Assembly: GCA_049997795.1 (NCBI GenBank)
Contig: JBEKVT010000001.1
Span: 4,085 to 68,084, forward strand
Source: Minisyncoccia bacterium
Lineage (GTDB): Bacteria; Patescibacteriota; Minisyncoccia; Phycocordibacterales; PALSA-1337
Direction: 5' to 3'
Length of the DNA stretch: 64,000 nt
The position numbers and the translations under genes were made by a program. Shown here in pieces: positions 15,101 to 23,382 of this stretch. The notes below the pieces were generated by a model, which was not told the DNA's origin, ran no database searches, and worked only from the letters and a program-made list of their open reading frames with translations. Numbering within the stretch: the stretch's first letter is position 1; each line of letters opens with the position of its first letter.

Positions 15101-15298
15101 GCCTCCCATCGACAGCTCGAATTTCTTCTCGGCGTAGTCCTTGACCGGCGAGAATTCCTTGAGGAGGTTCGGCAGGCCCTTCTCGATGAACTCCGTGAAC
15201 GATAGGAGCTGCGACTCGACGAGATGAGGCATCTCGGCGAGCGGTTCCTGATACCGAGAGAAATATCTCTTCGGTCGGATGGCGGCGGTTGTCGGCAT
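12104..15298 (-). CDS. rpoB: RNA polymerase beta subunit
   Basis: GTFVINGVERV, RDVHPSHYGRLCP, GDKLAGRHGNKG and GGQRFGEME motifs; compact 1064 aa. Confidence 0.98.
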   Translation of the reverse strand: MPTTAAIRPKRYFSRYQEPLAEMPHLVESQLLSFTEFIEKGLPNLLKEFSPVKDYAEKKFELSMGGLELIRPQYDEHRAKENKQNYEGQIKIKVVLKNKALGVVKEQEMFLADLPLMTDHGTFVINGVERVISPQLARSFGIFFTASEVKGKNYFGAKIIPARGVWMEIETDADQTIYCRIDRKRKFPVTSLLRILGADTDQKILDQFKSNPSASKAIELTLAKDHAKTPDEAYIEIHKRLRDGDLATADNARSFIQALLREDRYDLSRVGRFRFNKRFGKPMDEKSLEKRTLSLDDVAVAVAHIITLNTTPDMQGDDIDHLGSRRVRYVGELLEQRVRLGLSQMKRNIQDKMSTIEPDVTLPVSFIYPRPLQARIKEFFTTNQLSQFMAQENVLAELEHLRTLTALGPGGLSRERAGFEVRDVHPSHYGRLCPIHTPEGPNIGLVLRLTTYARINDFGMIETPYAKVKDGAITKEIVYMNALEEENYRIAHAATPRDSSGAISVEDVEVRQNGKPAMADRKEVDYIDVSTNQAFSIATSLIPFLNHDDANRALMGSNMQKQATPCLVPEAPLVATGIEEKAVLDTGRVVVASEDGEITHVDARKIVFSGKKSGKKREYPLVLFQRTNGFTAFHQRPIVSPGDKVKKGDVLADTSTSDRGQIALGHNALVAFMSWAGNNYEDAIILSERVVKNSKWSSIHIEEFVVNVRDTKLGPEVTTYDIPNVGEARLKNLTEEGIVRIGAEVRPGDILVGKISPKGETQLTPEERLLRSIFGEKARDVKDTSKRMENGKRGRVISVKTFSRERGDKLESGIIKKIYIEVAEVRNVSVGDKLAGRHGNKGVISKIMPEEDMPYMEDGTPIDVILTPLGVPSRMNLGQILELHLGLAANSLGYQAIVPPFAGATDAEIKEELKKAGFDPSGKMKLRDGRTGEHFNQAVAVGYMYILKLHHMVEDKIHMRSIGPYSLITQQPLGGKAQGGGQRFGEMEVWALLGHGAAHTLREILTVKSDDIIGRSQTFDAIVKGEPLREPNLPASFNVLLKTLRGLALNVELVNKPRRAALEE

Positions 15299-15367
15299 TA
15301 TTTTGGTGGTGGTGAAAATACGAAACGCCTATCAAATGACCCCTGACGCATCGGAACCGTAAAAACG

Positions 15368-15396
15368 AAAAAACCGTTTTCGAGCGACGAAAACGG
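15368..15396 (-). terminator. Intrinsic terminator inside the predicted rpoB 5' leader (possible attenuator)
   Basis: Minus strand CCGTTTTCG-TCGCT-CGAAAACGG followed by TTTTTT, lying between the promoter and the rpoB start. Confidence 0.7.
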
Positions 15397-15499
15397 GACG
15401 GATTTTTGTTTACCGCAAGTTTATATGCACGGGTAGGACCAAATCTCTACCTTTGTAATCCTCCGCCGCAGGCAGGACTCACTCTGCGAAGTTAGAGAG

Positions 15500-15528
15500 A
15501 GCCTAGCAGAGCCGAGAATAGATGTCAA
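15500..15528 (-). promoter_or_regulatory. Sigma-70 promoter for the rpoB leader
   Basis: TTGACA, 17-nt spacer ending in TGC, then TAGGCT on the minus strand, about 200 nt upstream of rpoB. Confidence 0.6.
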
Positions 15529-15612
15529 GTAGATGGCGTGTTTGACAAGATAGGTAAAGTATTTTTAAAAAAGCCGAGCGGTGATGCCCGGCTTGGGAAT
15601 GATGCCCTTTTG

Positions 15613-15906
15613 TCAGTATGTGCCTAGACTCATCTTTCTCAATCGCCCTTGATTTGCTTGGTCCCGGCGGATTTGAGCTTCGACGGATCTTTCGATCCTT
15701 CGGCATTCCCTGGCCCTTTTGGCAGGCGTACCAAAGCATCGATTCAATTCTTCCTGAGTAAGTGGTCGGCCTTCCCTTTCGGCCTGGGTGAATGTTTGCA
15801 GGGCATTAGTGAGCCCGTTTTGCATTGGATCATGGAACATTTGTGCCTCCTGATCAAAGGATACCACAGGAATTGGAAAAGTCACTTCTTCCGTTTCGAT
15901 TTCCAC
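15613..15906 (-). CDS. Hypothetical protein
   Basis: 97-aa ORF overlapping the trmD 3' end and followed by a hairpin with a U tract (about 15566-15597). No family recognised. Confidence 0.45.
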   Translation of the reverse strand: MEIETEEVTFPIPVVSFDQEAQMFHDPMQNGLTNALQTFTQAEREGRPLTQEELNRCFGTPAKRARECRRIERSVEAQIRRDQANQGRLRKMSLGTY

Positions 15907-16568
15907 TCGTCTATTTTTTTGTGATGTCCTGTTAGTAAGATTCCCGGCACGCGGTACCCCTTTCCTTTGTATTTGAACGACTCCGGCCTGGTATAGACAT
16001 CAGGGCTAGCCACGCGCGATTCTTCGATGGATGAATCGTGACCGAGCGCGCCGGGCAAGCGCCTGGTGATCGCGTCGATCAAAATCATGGCTGGCAATTC
16101 CCCGCCGGTCAGAGTGTACGGGCCGACGGAAATATCGATCATCGGGAATATTTTTTTCACACGGGCATCGATACCCTCATAACGGCCGCAGATCAAGACG
16201 ATGTCCGTGAATCTTTTCAACGAATCGGCCGTCAAATTAGTCATCTGCTTCCCGACCGGGCTGAAGAATATGGTCTTCGTCTTTTTGCGTCCGGCGGCGT
16301 TTTTCAATTTCTTGCCGACAGCTTTCTCAATCGCCTTCACCACAGGCAAGGCTTCGATGACCATACCTGGACCGCCGCCGTACGGCCGGTTGTCGACGCG
16401 CCGGTCGGCATAGGTCGGCTTCTTCCCTCTTCTGGCGACGACAAAATCCCGCGGGTTGTAATACCTTATCGCGATAAGCTTCTCTTTCCTGGCTCGTTTG
16501 ACGATAGAGGCATCGAGATACGACTCTAGGCTTTCCGGGAATAGAGTTATGACATGGAAGGTGATCAT
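15882..16568 (-). CDS. trmD: tRNA (guanine-37-N1)-methyltransferase
   Basis: ITLFPE, VDNRPYGGGPGM, CGRYEGIDAR, GGELPA and YTRP motifs. Confidence 0.96.
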   Translation of the reverse strand: MITFHVITLFPESLESYLDASIVKRARKEKLIAIRYYNPRDFVVARRGKKPTYADRRVDNRPYGGGPGMVIEALPVVKAIEKAVGKKLKNAAGRKKTKTIFFSPVGKQMTNLTADSLKRFTDIVLICGRYEGIDARVKKIFPMIDISVGPYTLTGGELPAMILIDAITRRLPGALGHDSSIEESRVASPDVYTRPESFKYKGKGYRVPGILLTGHHKKIDEWKSKRKK

Positions 16569-16590
16569 GCTAGCAATCTAGCATAACCGT

Positions 16591-17049
16591 CTAGATTCTT
16601 CGAACCGGCAATCGGATAGCTGGGGCGGAGCTGGGCGGAGCTTTCATGTCCACCTTATTAAGGAAATAACGGTCGAGAGACCAGATGTCCGGACCGGCGA
16701 GAAAGACCGAGAAGGTGGCGATCGAAAGGCCGAGGTCGCGGACGCCCAGAGGCGAGATGCCGATCGTGCCGGCGATGCCGAAAAGGTGGGCGGCCAAAAG
16801 CAATGAGACCGTCCTGACCTGGAAGCCGGCGATGAGCATGAGACCGGCTACGAGCTCGAACCAGGCGTTCAAGAGGACAAGCATCGTCGCATTGCCGCCC
16901 AAAAGACCGGAGACGGATTGAGGCACAAAGCTCGTCCACATCGACGGGTTGCGGAATTGATAGTAGCTGAAACAGACGAAGACAAGTCCCATGCCGAGGC
17001 GGAGTATGACGGCGCCGTATGGCTGGATTTTTGAAAAGAGATTAGTCAT
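16591..17049 (-). CDS. DoxX family membrane protein
   Basis: LRLGMG...ELVAGLMLIAG...RDLGL...WSLD pattern; ATG at 17049 overlaps the upstream stop. Confidence 0.8.
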   Translation of the reverse strand: MTNLFSKIQPYGAVILRLGMGLVFVCFSYYQFRNPSMWTSFVPQSVSGLLGGNATMLVLLNAWFELVAGLMLIAGFQVRTVSLLLAAHLFGIAGTIGISPLGVRDLGLSIATFSVFLAGPDIWSLDRYFLNKVDMKAPPSSAPAIRLPVRRI

Positions 17050-17617
17050 CGTTGTAAGCGCGATTCGATCCGGTCCTGCCTGTCGGAACGCTCGGAGCTG
17101 CGGCACTGGCATTGCCGGATGATGAAGCGGATGAAGAAGCGCTCGACAGATCGCCGATATAGAAAGCCGCCAGTTCGTTGGCCGGCCGGGACTGGCCGCC
17201 GTGCTGGTTGTTGAACGCCGCCGAGCCGTCTATGCCGCAGATGCTCAAAATCGCCTGCTGGCCGCCGGGATGCTGGCCGATCCAATTAGTCAGGTCGTAT
17301 ACCTTGCTGTTTATGGCCGTCCAACAGCTTGAAGCGCTATTATGTTTGGCCACGTCAGCCATGGTATAGCCAGATGATTGCGTCTTAGCGTTCGAGCCGG
17401 AGCCTGGACTTGAGTTTAAGCCGGAACTTGAACCAGATTTTGAACCTGACGTTGGGACCGGTGCGGTCTTGCTTGGAGCCGAGGTGGAACTATCCGAACC
17501 CGACGGATTCTGAACGAGCGATTGAGACACCGGCGGCGCATTCTTGGCCGACAAGGCTATGATGGAAGCACCGACCAGAAAGACGGCGCAGATAGCGAGG
17601 GTGATCTTCGTTCTCAT
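17042..17617 (-). CDS. Exported cytochrome b5-like heme-binding domain protein
   Basis: Signal/TM, Ser-rich linker, then YTMADVAKHN..SCW..I..KVYDLT.W...HPGG and a second His (NQH). Confidence 0.88.
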   Translation of the reverse strand: MRTKITLAICAVFLVGASIIALSAKNAPPVSQSLVQNPSGSDSSTSAPSKTAPVPTSGSKSGSSSGLNSSPGSGSNAKTQSSGYTMADVAKHNSASSCWTAINSKVYDLTNWIGQHPGGQQAILSICGIDGSAAFNNQHGGQSRPANELAAFYIGDLSSASSSASSSGNASAAAPSVPTGRTGSNRAYNDD

Positions 17618-17664
17618 TTTGGGTAATCAATATACTAGCACGGCCTGTTTGGCGGTGCAGTATG

Positions 17665-17697
17665 CAAAAGGCCGGACTCTCGTCCAGCCTTTTGTTT
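17665..17697. terminator. Intrinsic terminator (possibly bidirectional) after khpA
   Basis: CAAAAGGCCGGAC-TCTC-GTCCAGCCTTTTG hairpin flanked by A and T runs. Confidence 0.6.
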
Positions 17698-17720
17698 TAA
17701 ATGAGATCAGTGGATCGATG

Positions 17721-18077
17721 TTATCCCAGCTTCAGGTCCGCCATGGCCTCATCGACAGTCTTCGAGGCGGAAGAAGCGGATGACGGAGCGGGAGCGGCTT
17801 CGGCAGCCATGTGCTCGGCCGAACGGAGGCCGCCGACCGGCTCATTGATCTTCAGATTGACGCGGGAATTGTTCTTCATGCCGACGACCCGGAGAAGGGT
17901 GCGGATGGATTTGGCGGTATTGCCCTGCCGGCCGATGATCTTGCCCATGTCGGCGGCGGCGATATCGAGAGTGAGCAAGACGCCCATCTCGTCGACGGAA
18001 CGGGTGACCTTGACCTGGTCGGGATTGTCAACCAACGCCTTTATAAGGTACTCGAGGAATTGCTGATCTGCTTGCAT
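17721..18077 (-). CDS. khpA: KH-domain RNA-binding protein KhpA
   Basis: LVDNPD, DMGKIIGRQG and IRTLL motifs; conserved position after rpsP. Confidence 0.92.
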   Translation of the reverse strand: MQADQQFLEYLIKALVDNPDQVKVTRSVDEMGVLLTLDIAAADMGKIIGRQGNTAKSIRTLLRVVGMKNNSRVNLKINEPVGGLRSAEHMAAEAAPAPSSASSASKTVDEAMADLKLG

Positions 18078-18185
18078 GTTCGCGTAAGGTTAATTCTTAA
18101 GGTCGTACAGAGGAACGACGCTGTACTGCCCGGCATTGTAGCAGATGGGCGCCGACCGTCAATGACGCGGTCTTGGATCGTTGGA

Positions 18186-18593
18186 TTATTTGGCGGTCGG
18201 GGCTTTCGGAACGGCGGGAGCAGCCGGAGCCTCTGGGACAGGAGGAGTAACGGGTGATTCAAGCTTAGCCGGAGAAGCCTCTTCTTTTTTCTTGGCCTCT
18301 TCCTTCTTCTTGACCGGAGACTTCTTCGGCAGGGCATTCCGCTTCTTGCCTTCGATGACCTTCTGGTTGACGAGGAAATTGTGGAGGGTGAGCGATAGCT
18401 TGGCGCCGTGGGACATCCAATGCTTGATCCGCTCGACGTCGAGTTGGTCGACGTCGTTCTTCAGGCGGGTGTCGTACCAGCCGAGGTTCTCGAGGTATTT
18501 GCCGCTCTTCGGCCCATTCTTGGAATCGGTCAAGACGACCCTGAAAGTGGGCTCGTGCTTGCGGCCGACGCGCTGCAATCTGATCATCAACAT
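18186..18593 (-). CDS. rpsP: 30S ribosomal protein S16 with Pro/Ala/Lys-rich C-terminal extension
   Basis: MLMIRLQRVGRK..P.FRVV, ENLGWYD and W..GA motifs; start at ATG 18593. Confidence 0.95.
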   Translation of the reverse strand: MLMIRLQRVGRKHEPTFRVVLTDSKNGPKSGKYLENLGWYDTRLKNDVDQLDVERIKHWMSHGAKLSLTLHNFLVNQKVIEGKKRNALPKKSPVKKKEEAKKKEEASPAKLESPVTPPVPEAPAAPAVPKAPTAK

Positions 18594-18648
18594 GGGTCGC
18601 AATGTACCAGATTGCGGCCCGAAACGCAACTTTGCTATACTTGCGCGC

Positions 18649-19338
18649 ATGAAGATACTCGTCGTCGAAGACGATACGAACACGGCCGAGATGGTCAAGA
18701 ACAGCTTGACCGCCTGTTCGCACACCGTTGACGTCTCCCATGACGGTGCCGACGGCTCTTTTCTTGCGAGGAGCTACGACTACGACGCCGTCATCCTGGA
18801 CTATGCCCTGCCGAAGAAGGATGGTCTGGCCGTCTGTCGGGAAGTGAGAGCCGCCGGCAAGACCACGCCGATCATCTTCCTGTCCGTGACGGACGACCCG
18901 GGGATGAAGGTGGCGGCTCTGAAGCAGGGAGCCGACGACTATGTCACCAAGCCGTTCTCGCTCGACGAGCTTCGGGCGCGCCTAGATGCCGTGGCCAGGC
19001 GGTCGCCGGAAATCAAATCATCGGTGCTTGCGGTGGCCGACCTCGCCCTGGATCCGGACCTGAACGCCGTCCGCCGGGGCAAGAGGCAGATCCATCTGAC
19101 CCGGAAGGAATTCCATATGCTCCAATATCTCATGAGGAACGCCGGGGTAGTGCTGTCTCGCGCCCAGCTCATGGAGCATGTCTGGACGGCCGACGGCAAC
19201 CCGTTCTCCAACACCGTGGAGGCCCACATCCGCAACCTGCGCAAGAAGCTGAACGCCGGCAGGGCGCCGAATCTGATCGCCAATGTGCCCGGCCGGGGAT
19301 ACGTCATAGATACGCCGAAGCGCCTGGCCACTATTTAA
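18649..19338 (+). CDS. OmpR/PhoB-family response regulator (no adjacent kinase)
   Basis: MKILVVEDD, ILD, GADDYVTKPF, LTRKEF, VEAHIRNLRKKL and GRGY motifs. Confidence 0.93.
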   Translation: MKILVVEDDTNTAEMVKNSLTACSHTVDVSHDGADGSFLARSYDYDAVILDYALPKKDGLAVCREVRAAGKTTPIIFLSVTDDPGMKVAALKQGADDYVTKPFSLDELRARLDAVARRSPEIKSSVLAVADLALDPDLNAVRRGKRQIHLTRKEFHMLQYLMRNAGVVLSRAQLMEHVWTADGNPFSNTVEAHIRNLRKKLNAGRAPNLIANVPGRGYVIDTPKRLATI

Positions 19339-19577
19339 TCGGGGACGACGAGCTTTTCGGCCTTTCTTCATCATTCTTTGAACTTTTCTTCATGGGGATT
19401 TGAACGGAAATTCACCGGGATTTTAAGGCTGTTCCGTTAGGCTTGAAGAAGCCATGAGTCGACGTGGCCTTTACTAGCTAACGCGTGGTGATCACGACGC
19501 GGACATCTTCCCGTGTTCCGCGCAAGGCAAAAATAGGAAGCCGCCCGCGCCTCGGCAGATGCGCGCGGACGGCAAGC

Positions 19578-20345
19578 CTATTTCTTCCCTTTCCGCTGGA
19601 CGTCCCTGGCGGCCTTGCGATAATCGCAGTAATCGCAGCCGGCGGCGGGTCCCGGCGCAGTATCGCTCATGAGACAAGTCTTGAGTTTGGTCAGGGTTTC
19701 CTCCACCCATGAATCATCGCCGTCGTGCGGGAGAAGATCCACGTCGAATTCAAGCTTGCCGTCGAAGGCCTTTCGATCGGTCTTGCCGTTGCAATAGACG
19801 AAATAGCCGGTCTTCGAGACTTTGAAGCCGTTCCGCCTGAGGAGCCATTGGTAGACTTCCATCTGCCGCTTGTAACCGATCTGCCATTCCTTGTCGAGCG
19901 AGACCTTCTCTTCCTTCGAGGTCGATTTATAATCGACGACGATTAGCTCTCTCTTCTCGTTGACCCAAATGTCGTCGACGGCGCCGGTCACGAGGAGATT
20001 GGTCGGCTCATGCAGGTACTGCACGCCCTTGAAGGTGTCGCGCCAGATGTCGATCTTCTCGTGCTGAAAAGGCACGACGTCTTTCAGGCCGTATGCTTCC
20101 ATGAGCGGGTGAGCCGATCCGGCAGCACGATGGATATCGAATTCCTTCTTCAAGAGAGCGTCAACGGCAGAGTTCAGGGCGAACGGGAAGCCAGGCGGCC
20201 TGGCTACGCCCATCCGGCGGTCCAAGTAGAAGCATAATGAACAATTCAGGAAAAGGTCTATCTTCGAGCGGCTGACTTTGAACGGCTCGGCGCTTTTCGG
20301 GTCGAAGAGGTTCCTGGTACGGCGGGAGTTGTAATAGTCAGACAT
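19578..20345 (-). CDS. PD-(D/E)XK nuclease family protein (RecB/AddB-like)
   Basis: SRSKI...C..CFY, GAVDDI, VVDYKST, QMEVYQW and a C-terminal CDYC. Confidence 0.82.
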   Translation of the reverse strand: MSDYYNSRRTRNLFDPKSAEPFKVSRSKIDLFLNCSLCFYLDRRMGVARPPGFPFALNSAVDALLKKEFDIHRAAGSAHPLMEAYGLKDVVPFQHEKIDIWRDTFKGVQYLHEPTNLLVTGAVDDIWVNEKRELIVVDYKSTSKEEKVSLDKEWQIGYKRQMEVYQWLLRRNGFKVSKTGYFVYCNGKTDRKAFDGKLEFDVDLLPHDGDDSWVEETLTKLKTCLMSDTAPGPAAGCDYCDYRKAARDVQRKGKK

Positions 20346-20423
20346 GGGCTCATATTACCACACACTACAAAAATAACCCGCGCTACAGGATACGCGGGCG
20401 GCGGATGCGCGGGCGGGGCCGGG

Positions 20424-20672
20424 TCATCGCCTTTCCTCGGCAAGGATCCTCTCTTTTAGTTTCCTGCCCCTATTCCATCCTCCGGCCGTGCCGTCGCTCC
20501 GGATCACCCGGTGGCACGGGATCTTCTGATCATAATTCGCATTCAAGACGTTCCCCACCGCCCTATAGGCTCGCGGCAGGCCGGCTTTTTCGGCGACCTC
20601 TTTATAGGACATGGTCCGGCCCTTGGGGATGCGCCGGACGATCGAGAAGACCTTTTCTTTGAACGGCATCAC
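20424..20672 (-). CDS. MGMT-family alkyltransferase, C-terminal domain only
   Basis: IPKG...SY.EVA, RAVG and the PCHRV active-site motif in 82 aa. Confidence 0.88.
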   Translation of the reverse strand: MMPFKEKVFSIVRRIPKGRTMSYKEVAEKAGLPRAYRAVGNVLNANYDQKIPCHRVIRSDGTAGGWNRGRKLKERILAEERR

Positions 20673-21346
20673 TTGGCGGGAGCTACGGTCACAGATTGCA
20701 TGGTGACCGGCGCAAGCGGCCTGTCATTCGCGTCCACGGCCACGGCGGCGATCGCATTCACGACATCCATGCCGGATATGACCTTGCCGAAGATGGTGTA
20801 GTTATGCTGGAGAGGCGCATTCCCCTGCATGATGAAGAACTGGCTGCCGTTGGTGTTGGGGCCGGAGTTGGCCATGGCGACCGTGCCGGGAACATAGCCG
20901 GCCTGGTATGACGGCGTGTTCGGATCAAGCTCATCGGCGAATTGGTAACCAGGTCCGCCGCTGCCCACCCCCGTCGGGTCGCCGCCCTGGATCATGAAGC
21001 CGTTTATCACCCGGTGGAATACGAGGCCATTATAGAAGCCTTTGTCGGCGAGAGTGATGAAATTCTTGACGGCATTGGGCGCGTCGGCATCATAGGTCTC
21101 GAAGACTATCGTGCCCTTGGAAGTCTGGATGGTGACTGTATGCATGAAATTTTTGACTGATGATTGATTATTAGTGGTAGCGGAAGCCGCTGGGGTCGGA
21201 CCGGACGGCGCCGTAGGAGCCGCCGACGACGGACCCGCCTCCGATGCGAGCGGAGCCTGGGTATAGCGATGGTCCAAGAAGAACCAGGCGATCCCGATGA
21301 CGATGATGGCGGCGATGATTGCGATCCAACGCGATCTTGTGCTCAT
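20669..21346 (-). CDS. Membrane-anchored cyclophilin-type peptidyl-prolyl isomerase
   Basis: FHRVINGFMIQGGDPTG, AMANSGPNTNGSQFFI and TIFGKV motifs; N-terminal TM. Confidence 0.94.
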   Translation of the reverse strand: MSTRSRWIAIIAAIIVIGIAWFFLDHRYTQAPLASEAGPSSAAPTAPSGPTPAASATTNNQSSVKNFMHTVTIQTSKGTIVFETYDADAPNAVKNFITLADKGFYNGLVFHRVINGFMIQGGDPTGVGSGGPGYQFADELDPNTPSYQAGYVPGTVAMANSGPNTNGSQFFIMQGNAPLQHNYTIFGKVISGMDVVNAIAAVAVDANDRPLAPVTMQSVTVAPAK

Positions 21347-21349
21347 GGG

Positions 21350-22366
21350 TTAGAGATTATACAGCTCTTTGGCTTTGGCGACCACCAACCTTTTGGCCTC
21401 TTCAAGGGGCATGCTCAAGATGGCGCCCGAGGCGGCCCCGTGTCCTCCGCCACCGAGGGCTGTCGCCAGCTTGGAGACATCATACTTATTCTCGTCGGCC
21501 GAGCGGAAGCTGAACTTGACCTTGTTCGGCTCTATCTCCACCCCGCAACCGGTTATCACCCATTGCGGCACAGTCATAAGAAGGCTCGATATCTCGCTCG
21601 TGAAGATGTCGTCGGCAGTCAGGGCGTTCTCTTTCAGGACAGCGTGGGGAACGAATGTTAAGGCGGCCTTGCCGCCAACTGCTTCGACGCCGCCTAGAGC
21701 CGCTGACGCGAATTTCATGAAGCCCGGGGTGTTCAGGTTTTCCATTTTTCTGATAAGTCTCGGTATGTCGTCAATGAGCCTGGATAATACCGTCATGATC
21801 TCGTACGTATGAGCCGTCACACCTTCATATTTCAGGCCGCCGGTATCGGAGTAGGTCGCGACGAACAGGTCTGCTGCGATGTCCGGAGTGATCTCTATGC
21901 CCCATTCGCCGAACAGGTCGAAAAGCACCTGGCCGGTAGCGGGGTACGACGGCTCTACAAGGTTTATAGAGCCATAGTTCGGATTCGTGGGATGATGGTC
22001 AATATTCACGACCTTCAGCCATTCCGGGAACGCCACTTTCCCGCGCCGCGAGATTAGGCCGAGGTCCGCGCTGTCCAAAGAGATGAAAAGATCGAAGTCT
22101 TTGAGGTCAGCCTCGAAGAAATTCTTCTGCACGATGCCTTCCGCCCCCGGAAAATGCATGAAGGCTTGGGGCATGTTCGAGTCGCCCCTTATGACCGTGG
22201 CCTTCTTGCCGAGCCCTTCCAGGGCGAGCTTCATGGCCAGGGCCGAGCCGACGGAATCCGGATCAGGCGCCGGATGGCAATGCAGGAGGATGGATTTGGC
22301 CTTCTTGATCTCAGCCAAGATGAGCGGGGCTTTTTCCTTTATGATCGGCGAGATTCCTTGCGTCAT
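21350..22366 (-). CDS. nrnA: DHH/DHHA1 phosphoesterase (NrnA-like)
   Basis: H..PDPDSVGS, NIDHH, DTG, SFRS and GGGGH motifs. Confidence 0.85.
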   Translation of the reverse strand: MTQGISPIIKEKAPLILAEIKKAKSILLHCHPAPDPDSVGSALAMKLALEGLGKKATVIRGDSNMPQAFMHFPGAEGIVQKNFFEADLKDFDLFISLDSADLGLISRRGKVAFPEWLKVVNIDHHPTNPNYGSINLVEPSYPATGQVLFDLFGEWGIEITPDIAADLFVATYSDTGGLKYEGVTAHTYEIMTVLSRLIDDIPRLIRKMENLNTPGFMKFASAALGGVEAVGGKAALTFVPHAVLKENALTADDIFTSEISSLLMTVPQWVITGCGVEIEPNKVKFSFRSADENKYDVSKLATALGGGGHGAASGAILSMPLEEAKRLVVAKAKELYNL

Positions 22367-22448
22367 GCGTTGATATTATCACGAAGACGGAGAAGGCCGC
22401 CAATCTCTGGCGGCCTTCTCTACGACGGATCCTCCTTCTTGGTTCTAG

Positions 22449-22709
22449 CTATTCTCTGATGACCTTGAGCTTCTCCTCGTATTCTTTTTGCTGGATCTCA
22501 CCCTTGACGAACCGCTCTTTCAAGAGCTCCTCGGCCGAGCCTCCGCGCCACGAGCGCCAACCGGAGCCGTGCCTGACGCGCCTCAAGATCCTCACCATGA
22601 TCAAGATGACTATGACGAGGACGAATACGCCGACTATGCTGCCGATCACATGGAACGGCCAGAAGTCTCCGCAGTAGTTCCCGTAGTTGCCGTAATATCC
22701 GTACATCAT
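22449..22709 (-). CDS. SHOCT-domain membrane protein
   Basis: One TM followed by AEELLKERFVKGEI...EYEE. Confidence 0.85.
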   Translation of the reverse strand: MMYGYYGNYGNYCGDFWPFHVIGSIVGVFVLVIVILIMVRILRRVRHGSGWRSWRGGSAEELLKERFVKGEIQQKEYEEKLKVIRE

Positions 22710-22784
22710 GATATTTAGATAGTTAAAGCTAAACGATAATGGCTAATTATATCATACGCCTCAGGTCCTTTTCCCGTTGCGCGC

Positions 22785-23315
22785 CTAGTGGAAAGTCACG
22801 GCCATCTCTATCGATGCGTCTTTGGAGGCCATGCCGGAAGGATTGTCTTTCTTCAGGATGAGCACCCCCATGCTGCCGGACTTCTGGCGCGGGAATGAAA
22901 GGTGGGCTAGGAATGGCACGAAGCTGGTCGTCTCCCAATCGCTCATGGCTTCCGCCGGAACCTGCGCCAGGATCTTGCCGCTCCAATCGGTCAGGATGAC
23001 CGGGAAGCTGGCCTCGAAATACCATGTGCCGACGGCCGTGCCGCTTATCGTGAGCGGCGAATCGATATCAGTGTGGACTTGGGGAGTGTTGACCTTGATG
23101 AGAGAGGCCGTGGTGGAAGCCGGAGAGTAATAGACGACAGGACCGTTGGTTTCGAGGTGGGTCTTATAATAACCGGCTGTGGTTCCGAAAACGCCACCGG
23201 TCGGAGTGCCGGCCGGGGCTTGATTCCCTGCTGGCTGCCTGCTTCCGTATATGAGAACGGCGACGATGACTAGGATGACCGCAACTGCCGCGTACGCGTA
23301 ATATTTAGTTTTCAT
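22785..23315 (-). CDS. Gmad2 Ig-like domain exported protein
   Basis: N-terminal TM; SPLTISG.A.G.WYFEASFPV, FVPF and DNPSG motifs. Confidence 0.8.
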   Translation of the reverse strand: MKTKYYAYAAVAVILVIVAVLIYGSRQPAGNQAPAGTPTGGVFGTTAGYYKTHLETNGPVVYYSPASTTASLIKVNTPQVHTDIDSPLTISGTAVGTWYFEASFPVILTDWSGKILAQVPAEAMSDWETTSFVPFLAHLSFPRQKSGSMGVLILKKDNPSGMASKDASIEMAVTFH

Positions 23316-23382
23316 GGAGGACTGTCGATTAATCTAGATAAGGGACCTGCACATAGTACCACGAATGTGGTATATTTTCGTC

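Noticed and set aside
18181-18648. N-terminal extension of the response regulator (385-aa track ORF)
   Set aside because: It is the antisense of rpsP. The receiver domain starts at ATG 18649, right after a -10 hexamer.
19390-19430. GGGGATTTGAAC resembling a reverse-strand tRNA T-arm
   Set aside because: No cloverleaf, acceptor stem or CCA could be built around it.
19578-20345. Cas4 call for the PD-(D/E)XK nuclease
   Set aside because: There is no cas1, cas2 or array nearby; standalone RecB-like nucleases are common.
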